Source of the DNA: a virus | Taxonomy: Duplodnaviria > Caudoviricetes | IMG/VR virus record: IMGVR_UViG_3300035198_000074 | Span: 1-60,264 of that record | Strand: one strand, 5' to 3' | DNA: 60,264 nt | In this document: positions 36,965 through 46,504 of the stretch, piece after piece | How the letters are laid out: each line of letters begins with the position of its first letter | Position numbering within the stretch: position 1 is the first letter of the stretch | Notes under the pieces: model-generated | Told to the model about the DNA's origin: nothing | What the model saw: only the letters and a program-made list of their open reading frames with translations | The model's database searches: none | Program-made: the position numbers and the translations under genes

Positions 36965-37963
36965 CTATACCTCCTTAAAGGGCAGTGCATCTATGCCGTC
37001 TGGATCAAATATACGGAAATTTGTATTGAATTGTGGGTTCTCCTTCTCAAATCTTACCTTATCTTCCTTCCAGTTGGCTGGCCAGCTTGGGATAGGCCAG
37101 AAATGCTCCACAAACCACTCCATCTTACGGGTTGCAAGAGGCCATAGATCATTCATCCAGTAGTAGGTCTGGAAGCGCCCCGTTTCCCGCATGGCCTGCC
37201 ACGACAATTTCCATGTCCTGCCGTGCGAATCCTTTTCCCGTTCGCTTTTGTGCATATGGGCATACCACGTATTCTTATTCACAATGCACCTACCACCTGA
37301 TAGCCATACCTTAAATCCTAACTCTTGCGGCTCGTTCTCCATTAAATCGCAATGCTTCTCGTCAAGTCCGCCTATTGCGAGATACTTCTCCTTCGTCATC
37401 ATCCAGAAGGAACCCTGAAACGTCATCATGTCATCTATGGGCTTATCCTTATTGTGTATCTCCATCCAGTAAAATTCGCTTACTCCCATATTCTTTCCGA
37501 ACCCATCTTTCCCTATCCACTTCCTGCCATGGAGTCCATTGCCATACATATTGTCAGGAGTATAGGGGTAAGTGATGAAGAGATATTCGGTAGGTCCCCT
37601 TCCCCTTTCCCATTTTTCGGCATCCATTGCATATCGACTGGGGTTAACAAGCCAATCATCTTCCATGTCCTTCTGTAATATTTCATCGAACCCTTTTCCA
37701 AACATTGTGTGATCATCGCATTTTGCGACATATTTACCTTTGGCAAGTGCTACCCCAAGGTTGACACTTTTACGCATTCCTGTAACTTGTGGTTTATGAA
37801 CAATGGTGAGATTTGGGTGGGGCTTTATTTCTGGGACGGGCCAGTACCCGTCGAGAATTGCGAGTACTTCAATTTCCCCCGTGGCGTTTTTGAAAATATC
37901 TTCAACAGTATTCGATACATATTTGCAATTCCGACTTGGAATTATTATGCTCAGCAAGGCCAC
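36965..37963 (-). CDS. GT2-like glycosyltransferase, paralogue of the N-domain of 31875-33632
   Basis: LSIIIPSRN, KCDDH, FQGSFW, ELGFKVWLSGG, TWYAH. Confidence 0.85.
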   Translation of the reverse strand: MALLSIIIPSRNCKYVSNTVEDIFKNATGEIEVLAILDGYWPVPEIKPHPNLTIVHKPQVTGMRKSVNLGVALAKGKYVAKCDDHTMFGKGFDEILQKDMEDDWLVNPSRYAMDAEKWERGRGPTEYLFITYPYTPDNMYGNGLHGRKWIGKDGFGKNMGVSEFYWMEIHNKDKPIDDMMTFQGSFWMMTKEKYLAIGGLDEKHCDLMENEPQELGFKVWLSGGRCIVNKNTWYAHMHKSEREKDSHGRTWKLSWQAMRETGRFQTYYWMNDLWPLATRKMEWFVEHFWPIPSWPANWKEDKVRFEKENPQFNTNFRIFDPDGIDALPFKEV

Positions 37964-38468
37964 TTCGTCTTCCCCATGGATAGCAATATTCTTTCACAAT
38001 CTCTCTTACTTTCATTCTTCGGCCAGTTATATTCATTTCGCACGACCATGGTGGGATTTGATTAATCCAATACCGAAACTCATCTAAATCAACAATGTAG
38101 CGATACACATCCTGGATATTGGGCATTTCCCCACGCCTGATCTGATTTCGGATAAAATTTATAAGCGTATGGGGATTGTTACCCCATGTAATGTTACCAA
38201 CCCTGACAATAGTGTAGGGATGAAAAATACTTTTTACGATATTCTCTACTGTCCTCTTGTGACGTGCATAGCGAGAATCGGAATAGAATACGCATAGAGA
38301 GCTAAAATAGACAAGGTGCATGGATCTGTCTTGCTTATACAGTAATGCTATTTCTCTTTGGTATTCTGATTCTCGTGTCTCGTTGCTATTGCTTACGCCT
38401 GAAGCGAAATAAATTAAGTCGGAGCGGTCAGTTAGGGCACTGGCCAGATCTCCATATCCAACTATCAT
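37902..38468 (-). CDS. short NAD-dependent epimerase/dehydratase-like protein
   Basis: MIVG.G.LA, FASGVSNS, YFSS, Y..HK. Confidence 0.65.
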   Translation of the reverse strand: MIVGYGDLASALTDRSDLIYFASGVSNSNETRESEYQREIALLYKQDRSMHLVYFSSLCVFYSDSRYARHKRTVENIVKSIFHPYTIVRVGNITWGNNPHTLINFIRNQIRRGEMPNIQDVYRYIVDLDEFRYWINQIPPWSCEMNITGRRMKVREIVKEYCYPWGRRSGLAEHNNSKSELQICIEYC

Positions 38469-38803
38469 AAGGTGCGGGCCTTCTTTGATTGGGTCATGGC
38501 ATCCAACATAGACTCATGCTTATTGCTTTCGCATCCAACTTCATGAAGTTGCACTTCCACTTCCCAACTTTCCTTCCCCTCTTTCTGCTCGCTCATGCGA
38601 ATCTCAGTAACTTCTCCAACTCCTTGCACCGTTACCTTCTGCCCAATCTTCATGTCCTTCAAATGGGGGAGTTTGTCTACCTGGTCGGTCTCAAAGTGAA
38701 GTCTCAAGCCATACGGCCAGCGATCCCCTTCTTCTATAGCTGGCATTTTGCCCATCATTTCCTTTTTCGTCTTTTTGGGTAACTTGACATCCACCATCTT
38801 CAT
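38465..38803 (-). CDS. capsid staple/cement-like protein
   Basis: WPYGLRLH...V.VQL pattern, head module position. Confidence 0.5.
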   Translation of the reverse strand: MKMVDVKLPKKTKKEMMGKMPAIEEGDRWPYGLRLHFETDQVDKLPHLKDMKIGQKVTVQGVGEVTEIRMSEQKEGKESWEVEVQLHEVGCESNKHESMLDAMTQSKKARTL

Positions 38804-38927
38804 AACTGTCTCCTACGCCTTGGCCCCACATTTTGGGCACGTTCCCTGATAAATATCGTGGTCAATGTAGATTGCCCCACATTTCTTACACCGCTTCACT
38901 TTGCCTATTGCCATCTCCTACTCCGCC

Positions 38928-39584
38928 CTACTCAACAGGAGCCGTTTCTACTGCGTTCTCCTGTTCCTTCTTTACACCACCCCGCATTCTTTCTCTAAAG
39001 GCCGGGTCTTTCCAACGTTCCTTCAATGTTGCGCTCTGTTTCTTGTGAGCCATGCCCAGTTTCTTTGGTAATACCTCTAATTTAGCAATCCTTTCCCCTT
39101 GAGATAGGACGGCTGTAGTGAGATTGCTAATCGCTCCAAGCACCTTATCGAGCCTATCATCTACTTTCTCGATATTGGTCTCACCTACCTCTTCACCCCC
39201 TATAGCTTCGATGATGTCTGGTCTCTCATCTGATCGCACCCAGTTTGGTTCTGGGGGCTTCAACTCTTTAGGAGGAGGGGCGTTAACGATTGCTTCTTTG
39301 GGGATGGCGGTATTTTCTGCGTCAAACCATGCCAGTGCCTTATCCCGCATGGCTTCTGGCAAGTTTTCCAGATGGTTTCTCTTGTTAACAATCTGACCAG
39401 AACTATAACAAAATGCCCCGCCAACTAACTCATAAATGGTGGGGGCTGGTTCAAGCATCTCCGCTGATCCATCGGCATGACGAATCCTCTTGGGACCGTC
39501 TGTCCAAACTCTTACAACCTTCAATCCTTTCTTTGACTTCTGGGGGTAAATAATACCGTATCCAGGATACTTACCTTTTTCCAT
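38928..39584 (-). CDS. hypothetical head-module protein
   Basis: AAAGGAG RBS; NUMOD-like basic tail (QSATLKERWKDPAFRERM). Confidence 0.55.
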   Translation of the reverse strand: MEKGKYPGYGIIYPQKSKKGLKVVRVWTDGPKRIRHADGSAEMLEPAPTIYELVGGAFCYSSGQIVNKRNHLENLPEAMRDKALAWFDAENTAIPKEAIVNAPPPKELKPPEPNWVRSDERPDIIEAIGGEEVGETNIEKVDDRLDKVLGAISNLTTAVLSQGERIAKLEVLPKKLGMAHKKQSATLKERWKDPAFRERMRGGVKKEQENAVETAPVE

Positions 39585-39701
39585 AATATCTCCTTTACAG
39601 CGAGTAATCGCATATGCCTTATCCGAGTCGCTGTGGTTAAATTTGGGGAGGGGTGAATGTCACATGACACTTCCCTCCCCAGTTTGATTAATTGCTACTT
39701 A

Positions 39702-40160
39702 CTATCCAGCCACCATTGCGGAATTGTTACCTGGCATTTCAGGGAATAACTCTACGAGCAACCAGGGAATTCCTTTCCCTGCGACAGTAGAAGCTGTTGT
39801 TACTTGAACTACGACCTGCTCGCCTTCGTCAAGGTAATCAACCCATTCCCCTGTTCCAGCGTCAACATAGTCGGTGTTCTCATAGTAGGCTTTCCCAGCC
39901 GCAGCAGTCGAAGCAATGGTGATTGTTCCTACATCGCCATCGCCACGACTCGTATCTGATCCTGCAGTGGGTCGTCTATCAAACTTCACAACCACAGACG
40001 CAGCAGAACTGACGGTAGTGGTAATGGTGACTCCTGCCCTAATGGGCTTGCATTTGAAGGGGATTGTAAAAGTATGGATGTCGGCAGCGCTGGTAAGCAA
40101 CTGTTCCGCACCCGCAGCCCCTCCACCAATAAAAGCGAATAAAGGCTTTCCTCCAATCAT
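39702..40160 (-). CDS. capsid decoration protein (putative)
   Basis: Small beta-rich Ala/Thr/Gly protein directly after the MCP. Confidence 0.55.
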   Translation of the reverse strand: MIGGKPLFAFIGGGAAGAEQLLTSAADIHTFTIPFKCKPIRAGVTITTTVSSAASVVVKFDRRPTAGSDTSRGDGDVGTITIASTAAAGKAYYENTDYVDAGTGEWVDYLDEGEQVVVQVTTASTVAGKGIPWLLVELFPEMPGNNSAMVAG

Positions 40161-40270
40161 AACTTTTCCTCCTTAACTGACAAAAATTGTCAGGTATTAG
40201 TTGTCACTGACACCTACCAATGGTCAGTAATCAATGACCACTTACGAGATGCCAGTAATATGACCACTAA

Positions 40271-41227
40271 TTATGATGCTTCACCAGTGATGTAAAGAAC
40301 TCTAACTTCACCTGCGGTGCTTGTCTCATTCCAGATCAACCCGTATCCAAGCACCCCATACCAGGCCATTCCCTTCCATCTACCGTATCCACCAGGGATT
40401 GCGGCACGAAGTTCAGGGGTAAGAACCTCAGCAATGGCCACTCCATCTTCCCCAAATACAAGGCCCTCACCAAGAACTCCACCTGATCCAACTGACTCAT
40501 CCAGTGAATCGGTATTGGTAATCTCGATCCACCTGATCTGCTCCACCATCCCTACCTCGGACTTGAAAAGCACATCGCCAGGCTTCAGCCAGTATCTCCA
40601 TGCCTGAAAATCAGGATCATTCTTGATACCTCTTAGAAGTTTGGTTGTGCCAAGACCAATGTAGTTTCCGGCTTCGTAGAAGGGGATTTTATAAGTGGAT
40701 CGCATTGCGTCCCGAATGGCGCCACAATGGGTGATGTTGAGGTTATTGGTTGCAACCTCCGCAAATGTCGGAGTATCGAATGTTACTGCCGTTGCGGAAG
40801 TAGGCACTGCCCTTACATAAGTCGTCTTGAAAGCGGTAGCCGCAAGGGCGTCATTGACTGCTGCCAACTGATCCTTCAGCCTTCTCTGGACAGGAATTTC
40901 CAGGTCGAATCTCGCAAAATCTTGTGCGAGACTGGTATACTGCACCGCCCTACCAAGCTCTTTAGCCTCAATACCAACTGTCCCGATGGAAATGGTATCC
41001 ACTGGGATGTCGGTATTTTCATCCAGAAGAGCAGAAGTAGGAATAGAGATATTTTTGATTTTGGTGATATTGATGGTATCGCCCATCTTACGACCAAAAC
41101 CTGGCTCTTTGCGGCAAAACTGAGCGATTTCAAAATCGTCAACCGCCGCATACCTTAACTCTTTTGACATCTCTTCACACACCGAATAACCAGTGGCGAG
41201 AGACCCAGTCCATGTAAATGATGCCAT
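40271..41227 (-). CDS. major capsid protein (HK97 fold, N4-gp56-like)
   Basis: GDTINITK, E.G..V..T, L...E.G....IR.IE, G.AWYG; follows the scaffold gene. Confidence 0.85.
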   Translation of the reverse strand: MASFTWTGSLATGYSVCEEMSKELRYAAVDDFEIAQFCRKEPGFGRKMGDTINITKIKNISIPTSALLDENTDIPVDTISIGTVGIEAKELGRAVQYTSLAQDFARFDLEIPVQRRLKDQLAAVNDALAATAFKTTYVRAVPTSATAVTFDTPTFAEVATNNLNITHCGAIRDAMRSTYKIPFYEAGNYIGLGTTKLLRGIKNDPDFQAWRYWLKPGDVLFKSEVGMVEQIRWIEITNTDSLDESVGSGGVLGEGLVFGEDGVAIAEVLTPELRAAIPGGYGRWKGMAWYGVLGYGLIWNETSTAGEVRVLYITGEAS

Positions 41228-41250
41228 AATCTATCCTCCTTAGAGACGGG

Positions 41251-42135
41251 TTAGAATTTTAGGTCTTCTCTTTTAACCCGCCTGTTTTCCTTTAATTGCC
41301 TCAATGCGTCCGTCATGGTAGCGGGCTTATCGCTGCCAGACGTCTTCTCTCCTTCCTTGCGACTGGAACCTCTACCTAACACCTTCAGAGAATTCTTTTC
41401 ATCTTTGTCTTGCATCTGACGTTTTGTAAATCCTTCCCGCAGGCGAGACAATCTGGATTTGGTAACTTCAACGGCCTGACTAATCCTGTCCTCTAAGTTG
41501 CTAATATCAGATAATCTGTCAAACGCCGTAGCTACCATGTCCATCTCATCATCTGAAGTAAGTCCCTCATCTTTGGCTTTCTTCGTCAACTTAGTTACTG
41601 TGTTTCGCCAGTTGCTTGTCTCTTTTTCCCTCTCATCTATCTCAAGACGAGCAATGGTGCGCTGCGCCTTGGCCCAAATAATAGCTGAATCCAGATCCCG
41701 CTTAGCAAGGGATTCTGCGGTAGGCTTACCTTCCGCATCATATTGGACAGGCAAAGCGCTGATTGCCTTAAGTGCCTCCTGGGTAATTTCAGTAATCTTG
41801 TCGTCAATAGTGGGAGGTTTAGGCTCAGGAGGCTTGCGGTATTGCGCTAATTCCTTTTCGAGATTAGCTGCACGAGTAGTTGCCTCATGCATCTTTCTCT
41901 CTGCTTCCTTATAAGCCTTATCATATTCCTCTATTGACTTATGCTTATACTCTGTTTTCTCTGAAGGTTTAGGTTGAGGTTCCTCGCCGCCTTCCTTCTT
42001 CTCCGCTTCGGGTTCCTGCTCAACTACCTGCCCATCTTCGCCAATCATGGCATCAGATGGAATCTCTTGAGTAGAAGTATCCTCTGCAACAGTTTCTTCT
42101 TCCTGAAAATCCTCCTTCTTTAATACTTTTGGCAT
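41251..42135 (-). CDS. capsid scaffolding protein
   Basis: Acidic N-terminus, KS.EE..KAY.EAE coiled coil, basic C-terminus, precedes the MCP. Confidence 0.75.
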   Translation of the reverse strand: MPKVLKKEDFQEEETVAEDTSTQEIPSDAMIGEDGQVVEQEPEAEKKEGGEEPQPKPSEKTEYKHKSIEEYDKAYKEAERKMHEATTRAANLEKELAQYRKPPEPKPPTIDDKITEITQEALKAISALPVQYDAEGKPTAESLAKRDLDSAIIWAKAQRTIARLEIDEREKETSNWRNTVTKLTKKAKDEGLTSDDEMDMVATAFDRLSDISNLEDRISQAVEVTKSRLSRLREGFTKRQMQDKDEKNSLKVLGRGSSRKEGEKTSGSDKPATMTDALRQLKENRRVKREDLKF

Positions 42136-42231
42136 ATTGTCCTCCTTATCCGTATCCTGCATTGCCTTGCAGGGGGTAGTGCCAGTAGGGTGTCCAGTTA
42201 TGGGGCCTGCTGGGGTAATGTTACTTGTCTC

Positions 42232-42285
42232 GGCAACAAAAAAGGGCTGATACGAAGGTACGGCTCCGTACAGCCCTTTTTTGCC
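42232..42285. terminator. bidirectional intrinsic terminator-like hairpin
   Basis: AAAAAAGGGCTG...CAGCCCTTTTTT. Confidence 0.7.
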
Positions 42286-42330
42286 AATTATTTGAATCGT
42301 TAGGGGATCAGACTAACGACTTGCCTTTTA

Positions 42331-42774
42331 TTAGAATCCTATTGCCATTACCTCCAATGTGGTAGATGATAAATATGCACCTTCACTCACCTCTGTTCCA
42401 TAGGTAGTGAAAACTCTAATGGTATTGGCCGATCTATCCCATTCATAATTTATTCCCGCTCCATTAGCTTCAAGAATGACTACTGCGTCAATGTTACTCA
42501 TCCCCAATTCTCCAGCGGTTAATGGAACCCCGCCAGATGGATAGGATGCTGGCGCACCCCCAAAAGCAATCGTAGCAAATGTCAACCTTTTCCTGCCTAT
42601 TCTCGATATTTTACCATGAAGAGTGTAAGTAACGTCTCCAGCAGGGATAGGTGATGGCGAAGCGCTGGGGCTTGCGCTGGGGCTGGATGAGGGAGACCTG
42701 CTTGGGCTCACACTTGGTGATGCACTGGGTGATGCACTGGGGCTAATGCTTGGGCTTTCTGATGCTGATGCCAT
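42331..42774 (-). CDS. head decoration-like protein with N-terminal (SPSX)n tract
   Basis: AAGGAGG RBS, MASASESPS plus ~40 aa of SP repeats; SYPSGG.PL...LG beta domain. Confidence 0.7.
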   Translation of the reverse strand: MASASESPSISPSASPSASPSVSPSRSPSSSPSASPSASPSPIPAGDVTYTLHGKISRIGRKRLTFATIAFGGAPASYPSGGVPLTAGELGMSNIDAVVILEANGAGINYEWDRSANTIRVFTTYGTEVSEGAYLSSTTLEVMAIGF

Positions 42775-43011
42775 ATTTCCTTCCTCCTTATTCCCCTTGG
42801 TATTTGTGGGCAATTACGTCCCACGTTAGACTTCGGAGATAAATTTTAGTTGTGTTTCAGCAAACGCTGAAATGTTCACTATTTGTGAACGAATACATTT
42901 AATGAACATCAGAGTGTCCCTTTCGGGGTCTCACCTGCCAAAGTAGGGTATCCTCACTGGGGCCTACTACATCACATTACCTATATGACATAAGACACAA
43001 TAAGTTGTCAA

Positions 43012-43320
43012 TTATTTTTTTGTTACAAGGCTGACAAGCCTGTCTGCCGCAACCTTTCCCACATCAATTGTTACACCCATATCTATCAGAAGCCTCTTTA
43101 GCGCCTTGCATTCCCCATCATTGTTCACAAGCTCATTAACTCTTGCCATCAAGTGAGCGTGGATTTTATTAAGTATCTCCTTCCCCTTCTCACTCTCCAC
43201 CTCATGAAGCAATAGGTCAGCCTTAGCCTTCTGTGCGCCAAATCTATCGAGGAGTGACTGATTAGTTGTTCCTATAGGCTCAACTTGTGGCAATCCACTT
43301 ACTGGGTCTACAGTTACCAT
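43012..43320 (-). CDS. portal-adjacent hypothetical protein
   Basis: Helical 102-aa ORF in the head module. Confidence 0.55.
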   Translation of the reverse strand: MVTVDPVSGLPQVEPIGTTNQSLLDRFGAQKAKADLLLHEVESEKGKEILNKIHAHLMARVNELVNNDGECKALKRLLIDMGVTIDVGKVAADRLVSLVTKK

Positions 43321-43352
43321 ATACTGATCCTACCTTTCTGGCAATTTGCTGC

Positions 43353-43595
43353 CTATCCTACCTTCTTATACCCTTGTTTAATGTCTGCCTGGCTAAACTC
43401 CCCGCTACCATGTGCTGACTTCTTATGCATTCCGCTAAGAGTTAAGGCAAGTCTCGCCCTCTGTCCTACTTTTCCACCTCGCTTAGCTGCTGCCTCAAGG
43501 GTAGATTTAGGTATCTTCTTGCCTTGCGGAACACCCAAATCTTTATGTAACTGACCAGGTTTTCTAATCGCTTCTTGTATCCATTTCTTCGCCAT
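43353..43595 (-). CDS. small basic virion-associated protein
   Basis: KWIQ.AI.KPG.LH..LGVP.GKKIP...RARLA.TL; shared C-terminal tail. Confidence 0.65.
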   Translation of the reverse strand: MAKKWIQEAIRKPGQLHKDLGVPQGKKIPKSTLEAAAKRGGKVGQRARLALTLSGMHKKSAHGSGEFSQADIKQGYKKVG

Positions 43596-43674
43596 CTTCT
43601 TCCTCCTTTGGCCTTCTTGCAAGACCAATATCATCATCTACATCATCTTCTATCCAAATATCATGACAACACAT

Positions 43675-43872
43675 TTAAATCTTCCTATACCCTTGCGCAA
43701 TCTCGGCAGGGGTAAATTCCCCACTACCATGCGCCGATTTCTTCACTTTCTCTGGCAACTTGGATATGTTGGGAGTCTCGTGTGCCCATTTTCCCGCTGT
43801 ACCCTTGGGCAATTCTCCCCTATTTTCCATAGCAAAAAACTTCCGCATCTGTTTCTTGCTCTTAAATGGCAT
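43675..43872 (-). CDS. small basic virion-associated protein
   Basis: MPFKSKKQMR..FA...KWAHET...LPEKV; shared C-terminal tail. Confidence 0.65.
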   Translation of the reverse strand: MPFKSKKQMRKFFAMENRGELPKGTAGKWAHETPNISKLPEKVKKSAHGSGEFTPAEIAQGYRKI

Positions 43873-43883
43873 ATTCCTGCCTC

Positions 43884-44129
43884 CTACCTCAACCTAAACC
43901 GTCTCGCAATCTCTGTCTCAATCATCCTTAATTCGGTTGGACTTACTTCCTTCATATCCCATGCATCCCTGAATCTATTAAACTCCCTTATTCTTCTTGT
44001 GAAGAAACGTATCTCGCCAGAGTGGAAAGTATCATCTGGCTTCGTAACTTCCACTCTTCCCCCAATGTAGCCATTGTAATCAGGATTCATGATGGCTTCC
44101 TCTATGAAGGAAATGTGGATATTTTTCAT
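43884..44129 (-). CDS. hypothetical protein
   Basis: In operon. Confidence 0.55.
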   Translation of the reverse strand: MKNIHISFIEEAIMNPDYNGYIGGRVEVTKPDDTFHSGEIRFFTRRIREFNRFRDAWDMKEVSPTELRMIETEIARRFRLR

Positions 44130-44474
44130 TTATTTCTTTACCGCATAGACATAAACAGTCACTTGCGCCCCGCTTGCACCTGCATCCCCGCTCGGATCAA
44201 TCCCAATGCTTCCGCCTTCTATAAATGGCCATTCATGGTTTTCAGTTGTACTCGGCCCCAGAACCGTAGTCCCGTCATCGGCAATAGAAGCCTTCGAGAA
44301 TAGCGACACTCCATGGGAATTGCGGAGTGTCAATGTAAAAGTCACATTGTTATCAGTAGCCCCTGCCACAACTACAAATGTATGTGTAAGTCCATTTGGC
44401 ACACCTGTAAATGTCGAAGTCTGCTCTGCGTGCCCTGTCGCATCCCATGTAAACGCTGCTTTATGCTCTATCAT
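44130..44474 (-). CDS. small beta-sandwich structural protein
   Basis: GGGAGG RBS; Thr/Gly-rich beta composition. Confidence 0.55.
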   Translation of the reverse strand: MIEHKAAFTWDATGHAEQTSTFTGVPNGLTHTFVVVAGATDNNVTFTLTLRNSHGVSLFSKASIADDGTTVLGPSTTENHEWPFIEGGSIGIDPSGDAGASGAQVTVYVYAVKK

Positions 44475-44523
44475 GTCAATCCTCCCTGTTAACTTATGTT
44501 AACTATCAAATAGTAACTTAACA

Positions 44524-46416
44524 TTAGGCCGTAGGAGGCATCCCAGCAGGTGCAGTTTCCATAGGTGTCGGCGCAGGCTCTCCTGCCATTGGCGGTGGCC
44601 CTCCTGGTGCCTGTCCCCCTACTTCTGGCACCTGTCCCCCTACTCCTAATGAATCCAGAAACTCTTTTATCTTTGCCTGCACCTCTGGCCCGCCCGATGC
44701 CACAAGTTCCCCTAACTTCTCGACCAATTGCTCCCCAATCTGGGTCTGCTCCAACTCCTCTTTCGTTTTTATGAATGGGGCCTTATACATTCCTATTGCC
44801 CCCATTACTTCATCAAGGTATTCTTTTAACTTAAAGAAGGGCTGAAATTTCGGGTCATCTGTAAATGCCTTCATTGCCATTAGCAATTTCGACTTTTCTG
44901 CCTGTTTAAGTTGAGAAGAAATTCCCGTGATGCTCAAATCACACTCCTCTGACAAGAATTGCTTTTTCTCATCAAGACTTGCCCCTTCCAGAAATCTTGT
45001 AAATTCATTATCTCCCAATACCCTTGTCGGAGTGGGGTCAGACAACCCATTCCAGTTTAGCACCATTGTCTCAAAAAGGGAATATCCTACATTGACCGCT
45101 CCACTCTCTATTTCCGCCCCTATGGAATCAAATATGCCTAAACTTTGCTCAGTCTTAATCTCCACTTCCCCTTTTGTAATCTGCTCCCTATATCCAGGCA
45201 ACCCTGCCGCCATAGCATTTACAAAATCCCCTTCCTCAATTAGGCCAGTGACATATTGCGCCACGGCGAGAATCTTCTCAATATTGGAAGTTGTCAAGAC
45301 ATCCTTAACTACTGGATATTGTATCATATCTGTGGTGCGATAGACTTCCTTACCGGGATAAAAATCAAGGTCTGTGGGATCAAGCATCAGTTCAGGCGCT
45401 ATCTCCCGCATACGGTTCACCACCCACGAAAAGTCATCCATGGTGAGGCTTAGCATATTATTGAGCATTCTCCAAATATCAAACACTCCCTCAATCAACC
45501 CTCTTCCGTCATAGCGAAGAATATGGGGAATGGGAACAAAGGAAGTACCTGCCCAGCGCATTTTTACAAAAGGAATCACTTCTGGCTTTCTGATAAGCAC
45601 CTCACCCGCAATTGTATATTTTGCATTAGGGAGAAGCATATCCCCTTTCTTATCAAGCACTATGCCATTAAATTCCCGCACAAGAACCGACTTTCGATAC
45701 TTGGTGCGATCCCAGTACATTTTCTTCCTGCGCTCTATCTCCTCCTTAGAGTCCTGTAACCCAGTAGGCGCTCCCCCTTCCTTTACTTTATCAATGTTGA
45801 TATAGTAACCATCTTTTGCCGCTTCATGAAGCGTCCACATATCAAGCCACTCTTCATGGATGCAATAATTGCCCGACCACGGTTCCCCTGTCAGGGCATC
45901 TGGGTCACGCAATATTTTCCATGGCTCCGCACAATCAAGTAGCATTCCATTTTCCCAGCGAGGGATAAGCTCAAGGGAGGTGCCAGTGGCGAAAGCCATT
46001 CGGCATGAATTAGCAAATTTTCGGGGAAAGTCGATTTTTCGTGGGGCAGACCAGAAAAGTAGGGCGTTCTTTACCTCATATGACATGTTTTTATCATTAA
46101 CTTCTACTCCTTCCACATTAATGTAGTTGGGATCTCGGAAGGCCCTTCTGATGATGGACACTGCTCTTTCTACGGCAGTGAATGGCTTATTGGTGGTGAC
46201 TCGTGATTGCCATGCTTCCTTATCGCCAAATGCCATAATGTTCTGGTAGGCATCCCAGAGTAAGGTCATGGCGTCAAGTATATCTATTCTGGCTCTTCGG
46301 GATTCGGTAGCGCATTCTATGCAATAATCGACAAAATGTTGGTCATCCTCTCCCGCAATAGCAATCGCTTCTTCCTCTCTTTCCTTTAGTTCTTTATCAT
46401 CTATGACATCAGGCAT
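44524..46416 (-). CDS. portal protein
   Basis: 630 aa, between terL and scaffold; W.SRV, G.GLIE, Pro/Gly-rich tail typical of podophage portals. Confidence 0.8.
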   Translation of the reverse strand: MPDVIDDKELKEREEEAIAIAGEDDQHFVDYCIECATESRRARIDILDAMTLLWDAYQNIMAFGDKEAWQSRVTTNKPFTAVERAVSIIRRAFRDPNYINVEGVEVNDKNMSYEVKNALLFWSAPRKIDFPRKFANSCRMAFATGTSLELIPRWENGMLLDCAEPWKILRDPDALTGEPWSGNYCIHEEWLDMWTLHEAAKDGYYINIDKVKEGGAPTGLQDSKEEIERRKKMYWDRTKYRKSVLVREFNGIVLDKKGDMLLPNAKYTIAGEVLIRKPEVIPFVKMRWAGTSFVPIPHILRYDGRGLIEGVFDIWRMLNNMLSLTMDDFSWVVNRMREIAPELMLDPTDLDFYPGKEVYRTTDMIQYPVVKDVLTTSNIEKILAVAQYVTGLIEEGDFVNAMAAGLPGYREQITKGEVEIKTEQSLGIFDSIGAEIESGAVNVGYSLFETMVLNWNGLSDPTPTRVLGDNEFTRFLEGASLDEKKQFLSEECDLSITGISSQLKQAEKSKLLMAMKAFTDDPKFQPFFKLKEYLDEVMGAIGMYKAPFIKTKEELEQTQIGEQLVEKLGELVASGGPEVQAKIKEFLDSLGVGGQVPEVGGQAPGGPPPMAGEPAPTPMETAPAGMPPTA

Positions 46417-46504
46417 AGTTTCCTCATGGTAGAGCGTTATATTTATCTTAATTCATTTATCCCAGCGAATCAAGTCATAGTTTTGGCGATATGCCTTACT
46501 CGCT

